In this document: one piece after another, positions 36,383 to 45,625 of the stretch | Layout: every line of letters starts with the position of its first letter | How positions within the stretch are numbered: the first letter of the stretch is position 1 | Assembly: GCA_051251855.1 (NCBI GenBank) | Contig: JBPOGI010000001.1 | Span: 608,001 to 672,000, forward strand | Reading direction: 5' to 3' | Source of the DNA: Roseibacillus sp. | Lineage (GTDB): Bacteria; Verrucomicrobiota; Verrucomicrobiia; Verrucomicrobiales; Akkermansiaceae | DNA length: 64,000 nt | Position numbers and translations under genes: made by a program | Notes under the pieces: generated by a model | The model's database searches: none | Told to the model about the DNA's origin: nothing | Seen by the model: only the letters and a program-made list of their open reading frames with translations

Positions 36383-38278
36383 CTACGAATTTCTGGGATT
36401 CGGCGAGGCGGTGGCAAAATCGGCGGCATTGTCGTCGGTGTCGGTTGCGCCGGATGCTCCGCGGTGGGCGGACTTGCTAGAATTGAGAGAGGGGGTGGCT
36501 CCGCTCCCTTCATAGGCGTTCGCGGAACCAAATCCGACAAAGTCGACAACATCCGAGTTGCTCGTTGGATTGCTCACCACAAGCTGAGTTTGCGAATCGG
36601 TGAGGGCGACCTTGCCGCTCGACCCCGACATGTTGCTGGTGCCGGTTACTTGCGGAGTAGGCAGTTCGGTGGTTCCGCCTGAGCCGCCACCGAGTTTGAT
36701 GAGGTAATAACTGCCTGGGGCAATTGAACCGACCAGGTTGGTCTTGGACCAAGAGCTTCCGCTGGAGCTGGCATATTGCACAGCATAGGAGCTGAGATTG
36801 ATTGTGCTGCTGCTGGCGTTGTAGAGTTCGACGAAATCGTTTTTATAAACTGAGCCGCTATTGCCACCTCCACCATAAACCTGACTGATGGCGAGTCCGC
36901 CGCTTGAGCCCCCCGTTGAAGAGTTTCTGGGGGTGGGAGTGAGGGCGGAAAAGTCAGCTGCATTATTATCGGTATCGGTGGCTCCTCCGGAATCGCGAAT
37001 GGCTGCTTTGGTTGAGGAAAGACTGGGTGTGGAACCGCTGCCTTCATAGGCACTGGCAGAACCAAATCCTACGAAGTCTACGATTGAGCTTCCGCCTATC
37101 GGGTTGCTTCCGCTGAGAGTGGAGGTGGTGTCGGTGAGAGCGACTTTGCCCTTGCTCGCCGACATATTGATGGAAGCGGTGAGGTCAGGAGTGGGCAAGG
37201 CAGGAGCTGAATTGCTGCCTCCCGAAAGTTGAATCAAGAAGTAGCCCCCAGAAGCAATGGACCCGCTGAGGTTCTTCTTGGACCAGGAGCTTCCTGATGA
37301 ACTGGCGTACTGGACGGCGTAGCCACTGAGGTTGATGCTCGTGGTCCCGCCGTTGTAGAGTTCGATGAAGTCCTTTTCAAAGGTCGCTCCGCTGTTGCCG
37401 CCACCCCCATAGACTTGGCTGATGGTCAAGGTGCCGCTGGAGCCTCCGCTTTGGCCGTCGACTTTGGTTCGAAGAACGCTGGCCACACTGTTAGGGAGAG
37501 CGGTGAAGAAGGTGAAGCCGGTATCGGCTTCGAGGACGCTGGCGGAGGTGATGTAGTCTTCCCAAGGATCGCTTCGGATTCCCGAGATGTTGGGAATTTT
37601 CAAGGCAATCACTCGAGTCGAGGTTGTGATACGGCTCAATGCAGTCCCCGAACCAGGGGGAACAACCACCACGATTTTCCAAGTGTAGCCCGGAATTGCC
37701 GCTTCTCCACTCGGTTGAATGTAGGAGCCGGTAAAGAGGCTGGGTCCGGAGATGATTAAGAGCTCGTCTCCGGCTTGAGCGAGACCTTGACAGTAGGCTT
37801 CGAAGTCTTGCCAAGGACCTTGATTGTTGTCTGCCTCTTGAGGGATGACGTTCGACATTTTGAAGGTCTCCTTGTTGTTGGTAAGGATGTCGGTTCGGTC
37901 CAAAGAAGGGCACATGTGACCTCGGTTGAAACCTGAATTGGTATAGTCACTGCTGGTGAGCCGATTGAAACTGCTGGGAAGAAGAGTATCGCGCGTAAAG
38001 GAATTCGAGCGGCCCGAGTTACCGATGTCTGGAGAGGTGAGATCCCAGCTGACCCAGTTCGAGAGACCGAGGTTATTGCTAAAGTCGATCGCGTTTACCG
38101 CCCGAGTATCTAGAAGGTAGTGATTGTTGTTGCTCGAGTTGGTGGTGGCGTTGGTGGGATTTCCCAGCTGCATTTGGAGCGCGTTATTAATCTCTCCAGA
38201 GAGACTCCCCGAGGCCACAAAGGCTGCGGCAGTGATGGTTCCGAAAATACGATGATTGTTTTGGCTGTTACTTTGCAT
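36383..38278 (-). CDS. Secreted DNA/RNA non-specific endonuclease (NucA-type) with two lamin-tail domains
   Basis: FNRGHMCPS, FKMSNVIPQ, NNQGPWQDFE, IPGYTWKIVV; ISQVYGGGGNSG...DF[IV]ELYN...PRNS occurs twice. Confidence 0.92.
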   Translation of the reverse strand: MQSNSQNNHRIFGTITAAAFVASGSLSGEINNALQMQLGNPTNATTNSSNNNHYLLDTRAVNAIDFSNNLGLSNWVSWDLTSPDIGNSGRSNSFTRDTLLPSSFNRLTSSDYTNSGFNRGHMCPSLDRTDILTNNKETFKMSNVIPQEADNNQGPWQDFEAYCQGLAQAGDELLIISGPSLFTGSYIQPSGEAAIPGYTWKIVVVVPPGSGTALSRITTSTRVIALKIPNISGIRSDPWEDYITSASVLEADTGFTFFTALPNSVASVLRTKVDGQSGGSSGTLTISQVYGGGGNSGATFEKDFIELYNGGTTSINLSGYAVQYASSSGSSWSKKNLSGSIASGGYFLIQLSGGSNSAPALPTPDLTASINMSASKGKVALTDTTSTLSGSNPIGGSSIVDFVGFGSASAYEGSGSTPSLSSTKAAIRDSGGATDTDNNAADFSALTPTPRNSSTGGSSGGLAISQVYGGGGNSGSVYKNDFVELYNASSSTINLSSYAVQYASSSGSSWSKTNLVGSIAPGSYYLIKLGGGSGGTTELPTPQVTGTSNMSGSSGKVALTDSQTQLVVSNPTSNSDVVDFVGFGSANAYEGSGATPSLNSSKSAHRGASGATDTDDNAADFATASPNPRNS

Positions 38279-38378
38279 TTGTTCCCTTTCCAATTAATTC
38301 CATTTATGAATCAGAGAGGACTGGGGGAACGGCATGGTGGGGTTGCCAGAAATCGCTCAGAAATTCACCCTCAAGGGT

Positions 38379-38394
38379 AGCAGTTTGAGAGCCA
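38379..38394 (-). promoter_or_regulatory. Candidate sigma54 (-24/-12) promoter for the nuclease operon
   Basis: Minus strand TGGCTCTCAAACTGCT has GG and GC at the canonical spacing, about 100 nt upstream of the ATG. Confidence 0.35.
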
Positions 38395-38511
38395 ATGTCG
38401 GTATTTCGTGTTGTCACGCAAGTTGCCAGCGATTTTCGGCCGCTAGGAACAGCAAGAGTTTGGAGCTCCTTCTTTCAATCTGAGACTTCAGAGAATCGGA
38501 GTTGAGTTGGT

Positions 38512-40734
38512 TTAGGAAAAGTCGTGGGCGTCGATGTCGGTGACGAGGATGACGTCTTCGGGGATGGGGAGTTTGGCGAGGACGGTGTGGATGTGTTTGG
38601 TGAGGGTACGCGGGTTGCGGTGCTTGATGAGGAGTTGGAAGCGGTGCAGGTCGTGGGCGCGGGTGATGGGGTTGGGATTGGGGAGGCCGATTTCCATGCC
38701 GGCGGGCTGGTTTTCGGAGAGGCGGCGGTGGATGGTTTGGAGGGTGAACTCGGCGCGCTTTTCGTGGCGACTACGGGTGGATAACAAGGCGATGTGATGA
38801 AAGGGCGGGAAGTGGTATTTCTCGCGGAATTCGAGCTCTTGTTCGACGAAGCCGAGAAAGTCGTGGTGGCGGGCGAATTGGATGGAGGGGCTGTGGGGGA
38901 CGAAGGTTTGGATGAAAACTTCGCCTTCCATTTCGCCGCGGCCTGCGCGTCCGGCGACTTGGGTGAGGAGAGAGAAGGTGCGTTCGCCGGCGCGGAAGTC
39001 GGGGGCGTTGAGGGAGAGGTCGGCATTGAGAACGCCGACGAGGGTGACGTTGGGGAAGTCGAGGCCTTTGGCAATCATTTGGGTGCCTAACAGGATGTCG
39101 ATTTTGCGGGCTTTGAAATCGGCGAGGGTGCGTTTGAGGACGTGTTTCTTGCGGACGGTATCGCCGTCGAGTCGGGCGAGGCGGGCTTTGGGGAAGACTT
39201 TGCGGAGGATTTCTTCTACTTTTTCGGTGCCGTAGCCTTGGAGGCGGATGGAGGGGTCTTGGCACTTGGGGCAGATGCGGGGGACGATCGCTTGGTAGCC
39301 GCAGAGGTGGCAGATGAGGCGTTCTTCGGCGCGGTGATAGGTGACGGGGATGGAGCAATGGGCGCACTCGCAGGTGTGGCCGCAGGTGGGACAGGTAAGG
39401 GAACGGGCAAAGCCACGGCGGTTGAGGAAGAGGATGATTTGGTCTCCGGCGGCGAGCTTTTGGTCCATGGCATGGCGCAGGCGTTGGGAGAGAATGGGTG
39501 GACCGCCTTTCTTGGGCTCGTTGCGCATGTCGACGATGCGAACAAGGGGGAGGGCTTGACCGTCGGCTCGTTGGGTGAGGGGGACGAGCTGGTATTTGTC
39601 TTTGGTGCTGGTGTTGAAGTAGCTTTCGACGGAAGGAGTGGCGGAGCCAAGGACGATAGTGGCGCCTTCGATATGGGCGCGAACGACGGCGAGGTCGCGG
39701 CCGTGGTATTTAGGTGGGTTCTCTTGTTTGTAAGTGGTCTCGTGCTCTTCGTCGACGAGGATGAGGCCGAGGTTGGGGAGGGGGGCGAAGATGGCGGAGC
39801 GGGCTCCGACGACGACTTTGGCAACCCCTTTGCGGATGCGGTGCCACTCGTCGAAGCGTTCGCCTTGGGTGAGGGTGGAGTGGAGGATGGCGACGAGTTC
39901 GGGGGTCTCGCTAAAGCGGGACTTGAAGCGTTGTACGGTCTGGGGAGTGAGAGAGATTTCGGGAAGGAGAACGATGACGGTTTTGCCGGCTTCGAGGGCC
40001 GCTTGGGTGGCTTGGAGGTAGACTTCGGTTTTGCCAGAGCCGGTGATGCCGTGGAGGAGAATGGGTTTTCCTTTGGTGTCGGTTGCTTGGGAGTCGAGGT
40101 TGGCCGTGATTTCTTTGAGAGCGACGGCTTGTTCGGGATTGAGTGTCTTTTCGGGATCGTGGAGGAAAGTCTCGTCGGCGTCGGGGTCGCGCTGAATGGC
40201 GATGTCCTTGAGGGTGAGGAGGTTTTTCTCGGAAAGGCCTTTGACAGGACCGCCAGCACCTTCGCCGAGTTGGGAGACGGGCATGCCTTCCTTTCCGGCG
40301 GCTTGGAGGAGGGAGAGGATGGCGTGTTGGCGGGGGGCGCGCTTGGCGAGTTTTTCGAGGACTTCGGGGTCGATGTTTTCGGCGGCGATGGCCTGTTTGA
40401 TGGTTTTTTCGGAGTGGTTTTCCTGGCGCACCGCTTCGGGGAGAAGAGAGCGCATGATGTGTTCGAGCGGGGTGCCGTAGTAGCCGGACATCCAGTCGGC
40501 GAGTTTGAGGAGGCCCGGGGTGATAAGTGGGTCGGGGTCGATGAGGGATTCGAGAGGGCGGAGGTCGAACTGCATTTCCTCGGGTTCGTGGACACGGAGG
40601 ACAGTGCCGGAGGCGGGGCGGTTGCGCAGGGGGACGCGGACGCGATGACCGGGCACGATTTCGAGCCCCTCGGGGATGGCGTAGTCGAAGACGAGTTCGG
40701 AAGGACCGTCGATGAGGACTTGGGCGGCGGGCAT
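38512..40734 (-). CDS. priA: Primosomal protein N' (replication restart helicase)
   Basis: HGITGSGKTEVY, VDEEHE, LGSATPS, LNRRGFA, four CxxC pairs, GTQMIAKGLDFP, QVAGRAGR. Confidence 0.98.
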   Translation of the reverse strand: MPAAQVLIDGPSELVFDYAIPEGLEIVPGHRVRVPLRNRPASGTVLRVHEPEEMQFDLRPLESLIDPDPLITPGLLKLADWMSGYYGTPLEHIMRSLLPEAVRQENHSEKTIKQAIAAENIDPEVLEKLAKRAPRQHAILSLLQAAGKEGMPVSQLGEGAGGPVKGLSEKNLLTLKDIAIQRDPDADETFLHDPEKTLNPEQAVALKEITANLDSQATDTKGKPILLHGITGSGKTEVYLQATQAALEAGKTVIVLLPEISLTPQTVQRFKSRFSETPELVAILHSTLTQGERFDEWHRIRKGVAKVVVGARSAIFAPLPNLGLILVDEEHETTYKQENPPKYHGRDLAVVRAHIEGATIVLGSATPSVESYFNTSTKDKYQLVPLTQRADGQALPLVRIVDMRNEPKKGGPPILSQRLRHAMDQKLAAGDQIILFLNRRGFARSLTCPTCGHTCECAHCSIPVTYHRAEERLICHLCGYQAIVPRICPKCQDPSIRLQGYGTEKVEEILRKVFPKARLARLDGDTVRKKHVLKRTLADFKARKIDILLGTQMIAKGLDFPNVTLVGVLNADLSLNAPDFRAGERTFSLLTQVAGRAGRGEMEGEVFIQTFVPHSPSIQFARHHDFLGFVEQELEFREKYHFPPFHHIALLSTRSRHEKRAEFTLQTIHRRLSENQPAGMEIGLPNPNPITRAHDLHRFQLLIKHRNPRTLTKHIHTVLAKLPIPEDVILVTDIDAHDFS

Positions 40735-40952
40735 CTAGGTGAGTTAGGCTGGAACGTCTGGGAGGAATGAAAAGAGTTTTTTAACCACCGCCGAGCGGGG
40801 CGCGCAGAAGAACGCAAAGGATCGCAAAGTCGGGGTTAGATTTGGGGGGAGGGAGACAGAGGGAATAGTTTTTCTCAAGGCTTTGCGGATTGGTTGGAGG
40901 CGGGAGAGTGTTTGATTGTGTCTTCGTTTCTGGGCGCTATAGCTCTCCTGAT

Positions 40953-41855
40953 ATGGAGACCAAGAAGAAGAGTTTTATTGCACGGCGGTGGTGGGTCTTT
41001 TTGTTGGTTGGGGCGTTGGTGGGGCCGATGTTAGGGGTTTTGGGCGCGGTCCTCGTGAGCTATCTGATGCCGAGGCAGTACGAGAGCACCGCAGTGGTGC
41101 AAGTTACGCCATCGGGGGCGGGAGCTTCTCACGGTATATTGGAGTCGCGACAGTATTTTGCGACCCAGTTTGAGGTGATCACGGCCGTGAAGACTCTCGC
41201 TCCGGTTGTTGAGGAGTTAGACTTAGTCAATCACTGGAGTAAGACCGAACAAGAGTCGGTGACGCTTCTCAAGGGAGCAATCACGGTAAACCAACGAACT
41301 GGAACCGACTTGATTGAGATCACAATGCGGTATGTCGATCCCATCTTGGCTCAGAAAATTGCGGGGTCAGTAGCGTTGAGCTATCAGAATCGGCGTAATC
41401 ATGAGGAGCGTCGGCGTGCCGATATGATGCTTGAGGCCTTGGATGCTGAGATTGAGGAACAGAAGGGTCACGTAGATAAGAAGCGGAAAGCTTTGGATGC
41501 CATTGTGAGAACTACGGGAAGGCCTTATTTTGAAGGGAAAAGCAGCGAAGCTACTCCGGATGATGAAATGGGCGATGGTTCAGCCGATTACCGGAAGATC
41601 AGGAGAGATTATGAGTCGGCACTGGCGCTTTTGCAGGAGCTCAAGATCAAGCATTCCACTGAGCGGGTTGGACTACGTGCTCCAAGGGTGACGGTTACGA
41701 TTCATGAAGAGCCGAGAGAGAATTTGCGGCCGGTGAGCCCGAATGTTCCCTTCAATCTGATGTTGGGGGTTGTCGGTGGAGGCTTGGGAGGGGTTTTGAT
41801 TGCGATTTTGATGATGCTCTTTTTTGCCGTCTTTTCGATTGGGGGAAAGGATTGA
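40953..41855 (+). CDS. Wzz/GumC-like polysaccharide co-polymerase-type protein without kinase domain
   Basis: N-terminal TM, PRQYESTAVVQV, YFATQFEVI, TDLIEI, coiled coil, PVSPNVPFNL plus C-terminal TM. Confidence 0.8.
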   Translation: METKKKSFIARRWWVFLLVGALVGPMLGVLGAVLVSYLMPRQYESTAVVQVTPSGAGASHGILESRQYFATQFEVITAVKTLAPVVEELDLVNHWSKTEQESVTLLKGAITVNQRTGTDLIEITMRYVDPILAQKIAGSVALSYQNRRNHEERRRADMMLEALDAEIEEQKGHVDKKRKALDAIVRTTGRPYFEGKSSEATPDDEMGDGSADYRKIRRDYESALALLQELKIKHSTERVGLRAPRVTVTIHEEPRENLRPVSPNVPFNLMLGVVGGGLGGVLIAILMMLFFAVFSIGGKD

Positions 41856-41903
41856 TAAGCTGTGTACTTGTGACTTGATGGCTGTTACGCTAGTCAAAAA
41901 GGG

Positions 41904-43709
41904 GTGGCGATTGACTTTCAGATCCAAGAAATGATTCATCAGGATGCTGATGGGGTGATTTTTCAGGCGTTGGACAAGCAGACTGGCCATTTGGTGGCGC
42001 TACGGAGGTTCTTTTTGCCAGATGAGGTGATCACGAGGCTGAAGGAGAAGGAAGAAAACGGAAAAACGATTTTCGAGAATGGGGTGGAGTGGTTGAAGTC
42101 GTTGGATGTTCCTCACCTTCAAAAGGTCGTGACGGGTGGATTCGATGATTTGGACGATACTCCCTACTTTGTAACGGAGTGGGTTGATGGCCGAAAGTTG
42201 ACGGAGGCGCATGAAGAGGGAATTTTTTCGGCTGGAGAAGGAGAGGTTTTTGATGGTCAGGCACGGGCGGTGTTAATGGCTTTGCCGATGGAGGTGCGGC
42301 CCGCTGTTTGCTTGGAGGAAGAGAGGATCTTGGTGTCCCGTGATGATAAGGGCGCTTTGTTAACGACGCTTTTATTGTCGCCACGTATCTTCTTTGGTGC
42401 GAAGGGCGGCATGGAGTTCAATAGCGTGGACCGGCAGGAGGTTCTTGAGGCTTTGAAGGAGCGGTTTCCGGCTGGTGAGGTCGCGCAGGCAGCGCCGGTG
42501 TCAGGGATAGTGAAAGGGCAGGTGACACCGGTGGCTGGTCAGGTGACGGGGACAATTTCTTCGAATACGCAACCCGTCCTGAAGAGTGCGCAAACGTCGG
42601 GAGGAAATGGATTACTCTGGGGGCTGATGGTGGCCCTAGTGGCGGTTCTCGGGGTGGGAGGTTGGTTAGTCTTTAGGGGGGGGAGCGATGAGATCGCAGA
42701 GGTTGCGGAAAAGGCGGAAGTGATGAAGCAGGAGTCTGAGGCGGAGGATGACTCTGCTGAGAAGGAAGCGACTGAAGAGGTGGTTGTCGAGGGTGAGAGT
42801 GACACTGAGTCTGCCGAGATGGCAGCGGTTGTGGAACCGGAAGTTGCAGAGCCAGTGGAAGAGTTTGTAGCGGAACCGGAGGTGACTTTAAGCGACGAGA
42901 GTCAAGAGATTGCTGCGGCGGAAGTGCCAATCGAAGATATGGAGCCGCCTCCTGTGATGACTCCTCCGACTCCTGATTCTTCCCAAGTGGAAGAGCCGAG
43001 TGCGACAGGAGAGGGAGTGCCCTCTGGGGGTGCGGAAAAGGTGGTTGCTGGGGCGAAGGACTATTATACTCCTAAGGATTTGGCGACATTGAAGAAAATG
43101 GGAGGCAAGGAGGTTAAGTTCCGCGGGAAGGTTATGGAGAGTAACGAGAGCGGAGGACAAAAGACGCTTTGGTATCTCGATTTTGGCAATTATAGAAGAC
43201 AACCATTTGTAATTTTTAGGCATAGGGATAACCCAACTCCGGCTAAGCGAGAGGACTGGGATGCTTTTGTGGGAAAAGTCGTCTATGTGAAAGGCACGGT
43301 TGAGACCAATAACGGTAAAGGAGGTAGAGGTAGCGGGGTTTGGATTAAGATCTCTAAAATGGATGACGTTCAACTGGAGCCGGAGAAGCCGAAAGAGGTG
43401 ATCTATCAGTTTGCTGATTTGGATGACTTGCGGGTGGTTTCGCCAGGAGAGAAGGTGATTTTTGAAGGAGATTTTAGGGGACATCGCACACGTGAAAAAT
43501 TCGTGTATTTGCTTTTCAAGGATGGGAACGCGATCGTCGGCCGGTTCGATGTCGGGGGGCCTCTGTCGACTCAAGCAATCTTGGAAAAACTTGAAAAACT
43601 CAAGGGTAAGAAGGTGAGGCTCGTTGGTGTGGGAGCATCTGATGAGAACCCTAATTTTCAAGTGGTGATTCAGCTCAATGAGCAAGATGGGTTTCAAGAG
43701 GCCAAGTAG
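41904..43709 (+). CDS. Membrane protein: degenerate Ser/Thr kinase-like N-terminus, TM, acidic linker, two OB-fold-like C-terminal domains
   Basis: FQIQEMI...GVIFQALDKQTGHLVALRRF, PYFVTEWVDG; no HRD or DFG; TM LLWGLMVALVAVLGVGGWLVF; GKEVKFRGKV, GKVVYVKGTV and GKKVRLVG motifs. Confidence 0.65.
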   Translation: MAIDFQIQEMIHQDADGVIFQALDKQTGHLVALRRFFLPDEVITRLKEKEENGKTIFENGVEWLKSLDVPHLQKVVTGGFDDLDDTPYFVTEWVDGRKLTEAHEEGIFSAGEGEVFDGQARAVLMALPMEVRPAVCLEEERILVSRDDKGALLTTLLLSPRIFFGAKGGMEFNSVDRQEVLEALKERFPAGEVAQAAPVSGIVKGQVTPVAGQVTGTISSNTQPVLKSAQTSGGNGLLWGLMVALVAVLGVGGWLVFRGGSDEIAEVAEKAEVMKQESEAEDDSAEKEATEEVVVEGESDTESAEMAAVVEPEVAEPVEEFVAEPEVTLSDESQEIAAAEVPIEDMEPPPVMTPPTPDSSQVEEPSATGEGVPSGGAEKVVAGAKDYYTPKDLATLKKMGGKEVKFRGKVMESNESGGQKTLWYLDFGNYRRQPFVIFRHRDNPTPAKREDWDAFVGKVVYVKGTVETNNGKGGRGSGVWIKISKMDDVQLEPEKPKEVIYQFADLDDLRVVSPGEKVIFEGDFRGHRTREKFVYLLFKDGNAIVGRFDVGGPLSTQAILEKLEKLKGKKVRLVGVGASDENPNFQVVIQLNEQDGFQEAK

Positions 43710-43826
43710 AGAAGGAGAGAAGTCGTTCTCGTCGGTTATCGTCAAATTAAGAGAGGTTTTCCCTCTTGTTGACTAAAAGTCTTTTGGTTCGAAGTGAAAT
43801 TGATGAGGCTTCTGCTTAGAAACTCT

Positions 43827-44762
43827 ATGAAAAAGCTTTTTACCCTCATTGCCTTTGTGCCTTGTCTTCTTTGCGGGGAGGACTGGACTCCACTTCTTGA
43901 TTCCGAACTCTCCAAGTGGGAGATTTTTATGGGGGTGCCTCATGAGAGTGTCTCTGTGGAAGATTATGTCCCGAAAGAGGGGACGGACCATATGTCGGGG
44001 GTGGCAATTGGCTTGGGGAAGGATCCGCTGGAGGTATTTCGAATGATTGAAGTGGAGGGGAAGCCGGTACTCCATATCAGTGGGCAGATCTACGCTGGTT
44101 TAAGCACGAAGAAGGAGTTTGAGAATTATCACCTCAGGCTGGACTTCAAGTGGGGCGAGAAGAAGTGGGAACCACGCTTGAATGCGCCTAGAGACAGTGG
44201 GTTGTTATTTCATTGTGTGGGTGAGCATGGAGCCTTTTGGAATGTGTGGTTACAGTCTCAGGAGTTTCAAATTCAGGAGAAGGATTGCGGTGACTTTATT
44301 CCGTTGGCGGGGACTTCGGCGCACATTCCTGTGGGGCCCTACGGATATAAGAATGAGAAGCAGGCGGTTTATATGCCGGGTGGTGATTTACGCTCGAGGA
44401 CGGGCTATACGCAGCACGGTGGGAGTGAGGAGAAGCCCAATGGCGAGTGGAATACTCTGGAGCTTTACACGGTGGGGGATAGTGCGGTTTTTGTGGTGAA
44501 CGGGACACCGAATATGGCTCTCTTTGATATGCAGCAAAGGAATCTTGAGGGAAAAGGCCGAGTGAAGTCTGTGAAAGGAAGGATTCAGTTGCAGTCAGAA
44601 GCTGCGGAGATTTTTTATCGAAATATCGAGATTCGTTCGATTGAAGAGTATCCCGCTGAGTTGAGTGAGTTTACTAAACGGCCCGAGGGCGATGTGGAGA
44701 AGTGGGATGGTGACAAGGCGGAAGAGGTCGTCGCGGAATTGAGGGCGAAGGAAAAGGGGTAG
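43827..44762 (+). CDS. DUF1080 family (3-keto-disaccharide hydrolase-like) secreted protein
   Basis: FENYHLRLDFKWG, RDSGLLFH, EFQIQE, GEWNTLEL, GRIQLQSEAAEIFYRNIEI. Confidence 0.92.
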   Translation: MKKLFTLIAFVPCLLCGEDWTPLLDSELSKWEIFMGVPHESVSVEDYVPKEGTDHMSGVAIGLGKDPLEVFRMIEVEGKPVLHISGQIYAGLSTKKEFENYHLRLDFKWGEKKWEPRLNAPRDSGLLFHCVGEHGAFWNVWLQSQEFQIQEKDCGDFIPLAGTSAHIPVGPYGYKNEKQAVYMPGGDLRSRTGYTQHGGSEEKPNGEWNTLELYTVGDSAVFVVNGTPNMALFDMQQRNLEGKGRVKSVKGRIQLQSEAAEIFYRNIEIRSIEEYPAELSEFTKRPEGDVEKWDGDKAEEVVAELRAKEKG

Positions 44763-44837
44763 CCAAGTTGGTGACAACTTGGGCGGGGTAGATCACGAAG
44801 TCTGCCTCCCAGCCTGAATTGTTACAAATTCAGCTAC
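44759..44837. repeat. GTAG-type REP doublet (REPIN-like)
   Basis: GTAG-CCAAGTTG-GTGA-CAACTTGG-GC on +, and GTAG-CTGAATTT-GTAA-CAATTCAG-GC on -, in inverted orientation. Confidence 0.75.
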
Positions 44838-44861
44838 GTAGGAAAGGGACAGGGTGCAAAT

Positions 44862-45620
44862 TTACAATCCTTCGGCGAAAGGCCTTAGGAGGTAGCCAAT
44901 GGTGTAGGCGAGGCCGGAGGCGAAGGCGCCGATGGCGAGGGTTTCAAGGATGCCCATGAAGGTGTTCTGGCCGACGACACGAGCCTTGAGGGCTCCGACG
45001 ATGGCGAAGGAGAAGGCGGTGAGGATGCAGGCGGGGAGAAAAGGGTTCCCAATGAGGCCGGGGCGAGCGAGGTCGAGGAAGTAGGCGAGGAGGGGGATGA
45101 CGCCGATGGCAAGGAAGGCTAGGAAAGTAGCGAGAGCGGCTTTCCAGGCTGTGGGGCGCTCGGAGGTGATGCCGTGTTCTTCTAATAGCATGGTTTCGAG
45201 CCAGCGGTCTTGGTCGGATGTGATGACCTCGACGACTTTTTCGAGGGCTTCGCCTTGGAAGCCCTTGGCTGCGAAAATTTGACGGATTTCTTCGCGTTCG
45301 CCCTCGGGGTGAAGGGCGATTTCGGCTTCCTCTTCGCGGCGAGCACGATTGGCGGCTTGGTTTTCGGCACGGGTGCCGAGGAAGTTTCCGGAAGCCATGG
45401 AAAAGCCGTCGGCTAACAGGTTGGCTGCGCCTAAAACGATAACGATGCCGGAGGGGAGGCCGGCTCCGGCGACTGAGGAGACGACGGCGAAGGTGGTGAC
45501 AGCTCCATCAATGGCTCCGTAAATCGAGTCTTTGAGGAAGTCTTGGGAAGACCCCGCAGAGATACGCTCCTGAATGGCTTCGGGAGTGTGCTCGGCTTCG
45601 TGATCGTGGTGGTGGGACAA
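44862..45620 (-). CDS. VIT1/CCC1 family Fe/Mn transporter
   Basis: IYGAIDGAVTTFAVV, LGAANLLADGFSMASGNFLG, PEGEREE, EEHG; His-rich N-terminus. Confidence 0.93.
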   Translation of the reverse strand: MSHHHDHEAEHTPEAIQERISAGSSQDFLKDSIYGAIDGAVTTFAVVSSVAGAGLPSGIVIVLGAANLLADGFSMASGNFLGTRAENQAANRARREEEAEIALHPEGEREEIRQIFAAKGFQGEALEKVVEVITSDQDRWLETMLLEEHGITSERPTAWKAALATFLAFLAIGVIPLLAYFLDLARPGLIGNPFLPACILTAFSFAIVGALKARVVGQNTFMGILETLAIGAFASGLAYTIGYLLRPFAEGL

Positions 45621-45625
45621 AGTGT

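Noticed and set aside
34688..38293. Stop-codon readthrough fusing the nuclease to the in-frame downstream gene (TAG-ATG)
   Set aside because: The nuclease ends at a natural domain end (PRNS, as in the first lamin-tail domain) and the downstream ORF has its own N-terminal membrane anchor; no recoding signal seen
39142..40817. Long 542-aa (+) and 533-aa (-) ORFs overlapping priA
   Set aside because: Antisense and off-frame shadows of priA caused by C-ending codon bias; low complexity, no motifs
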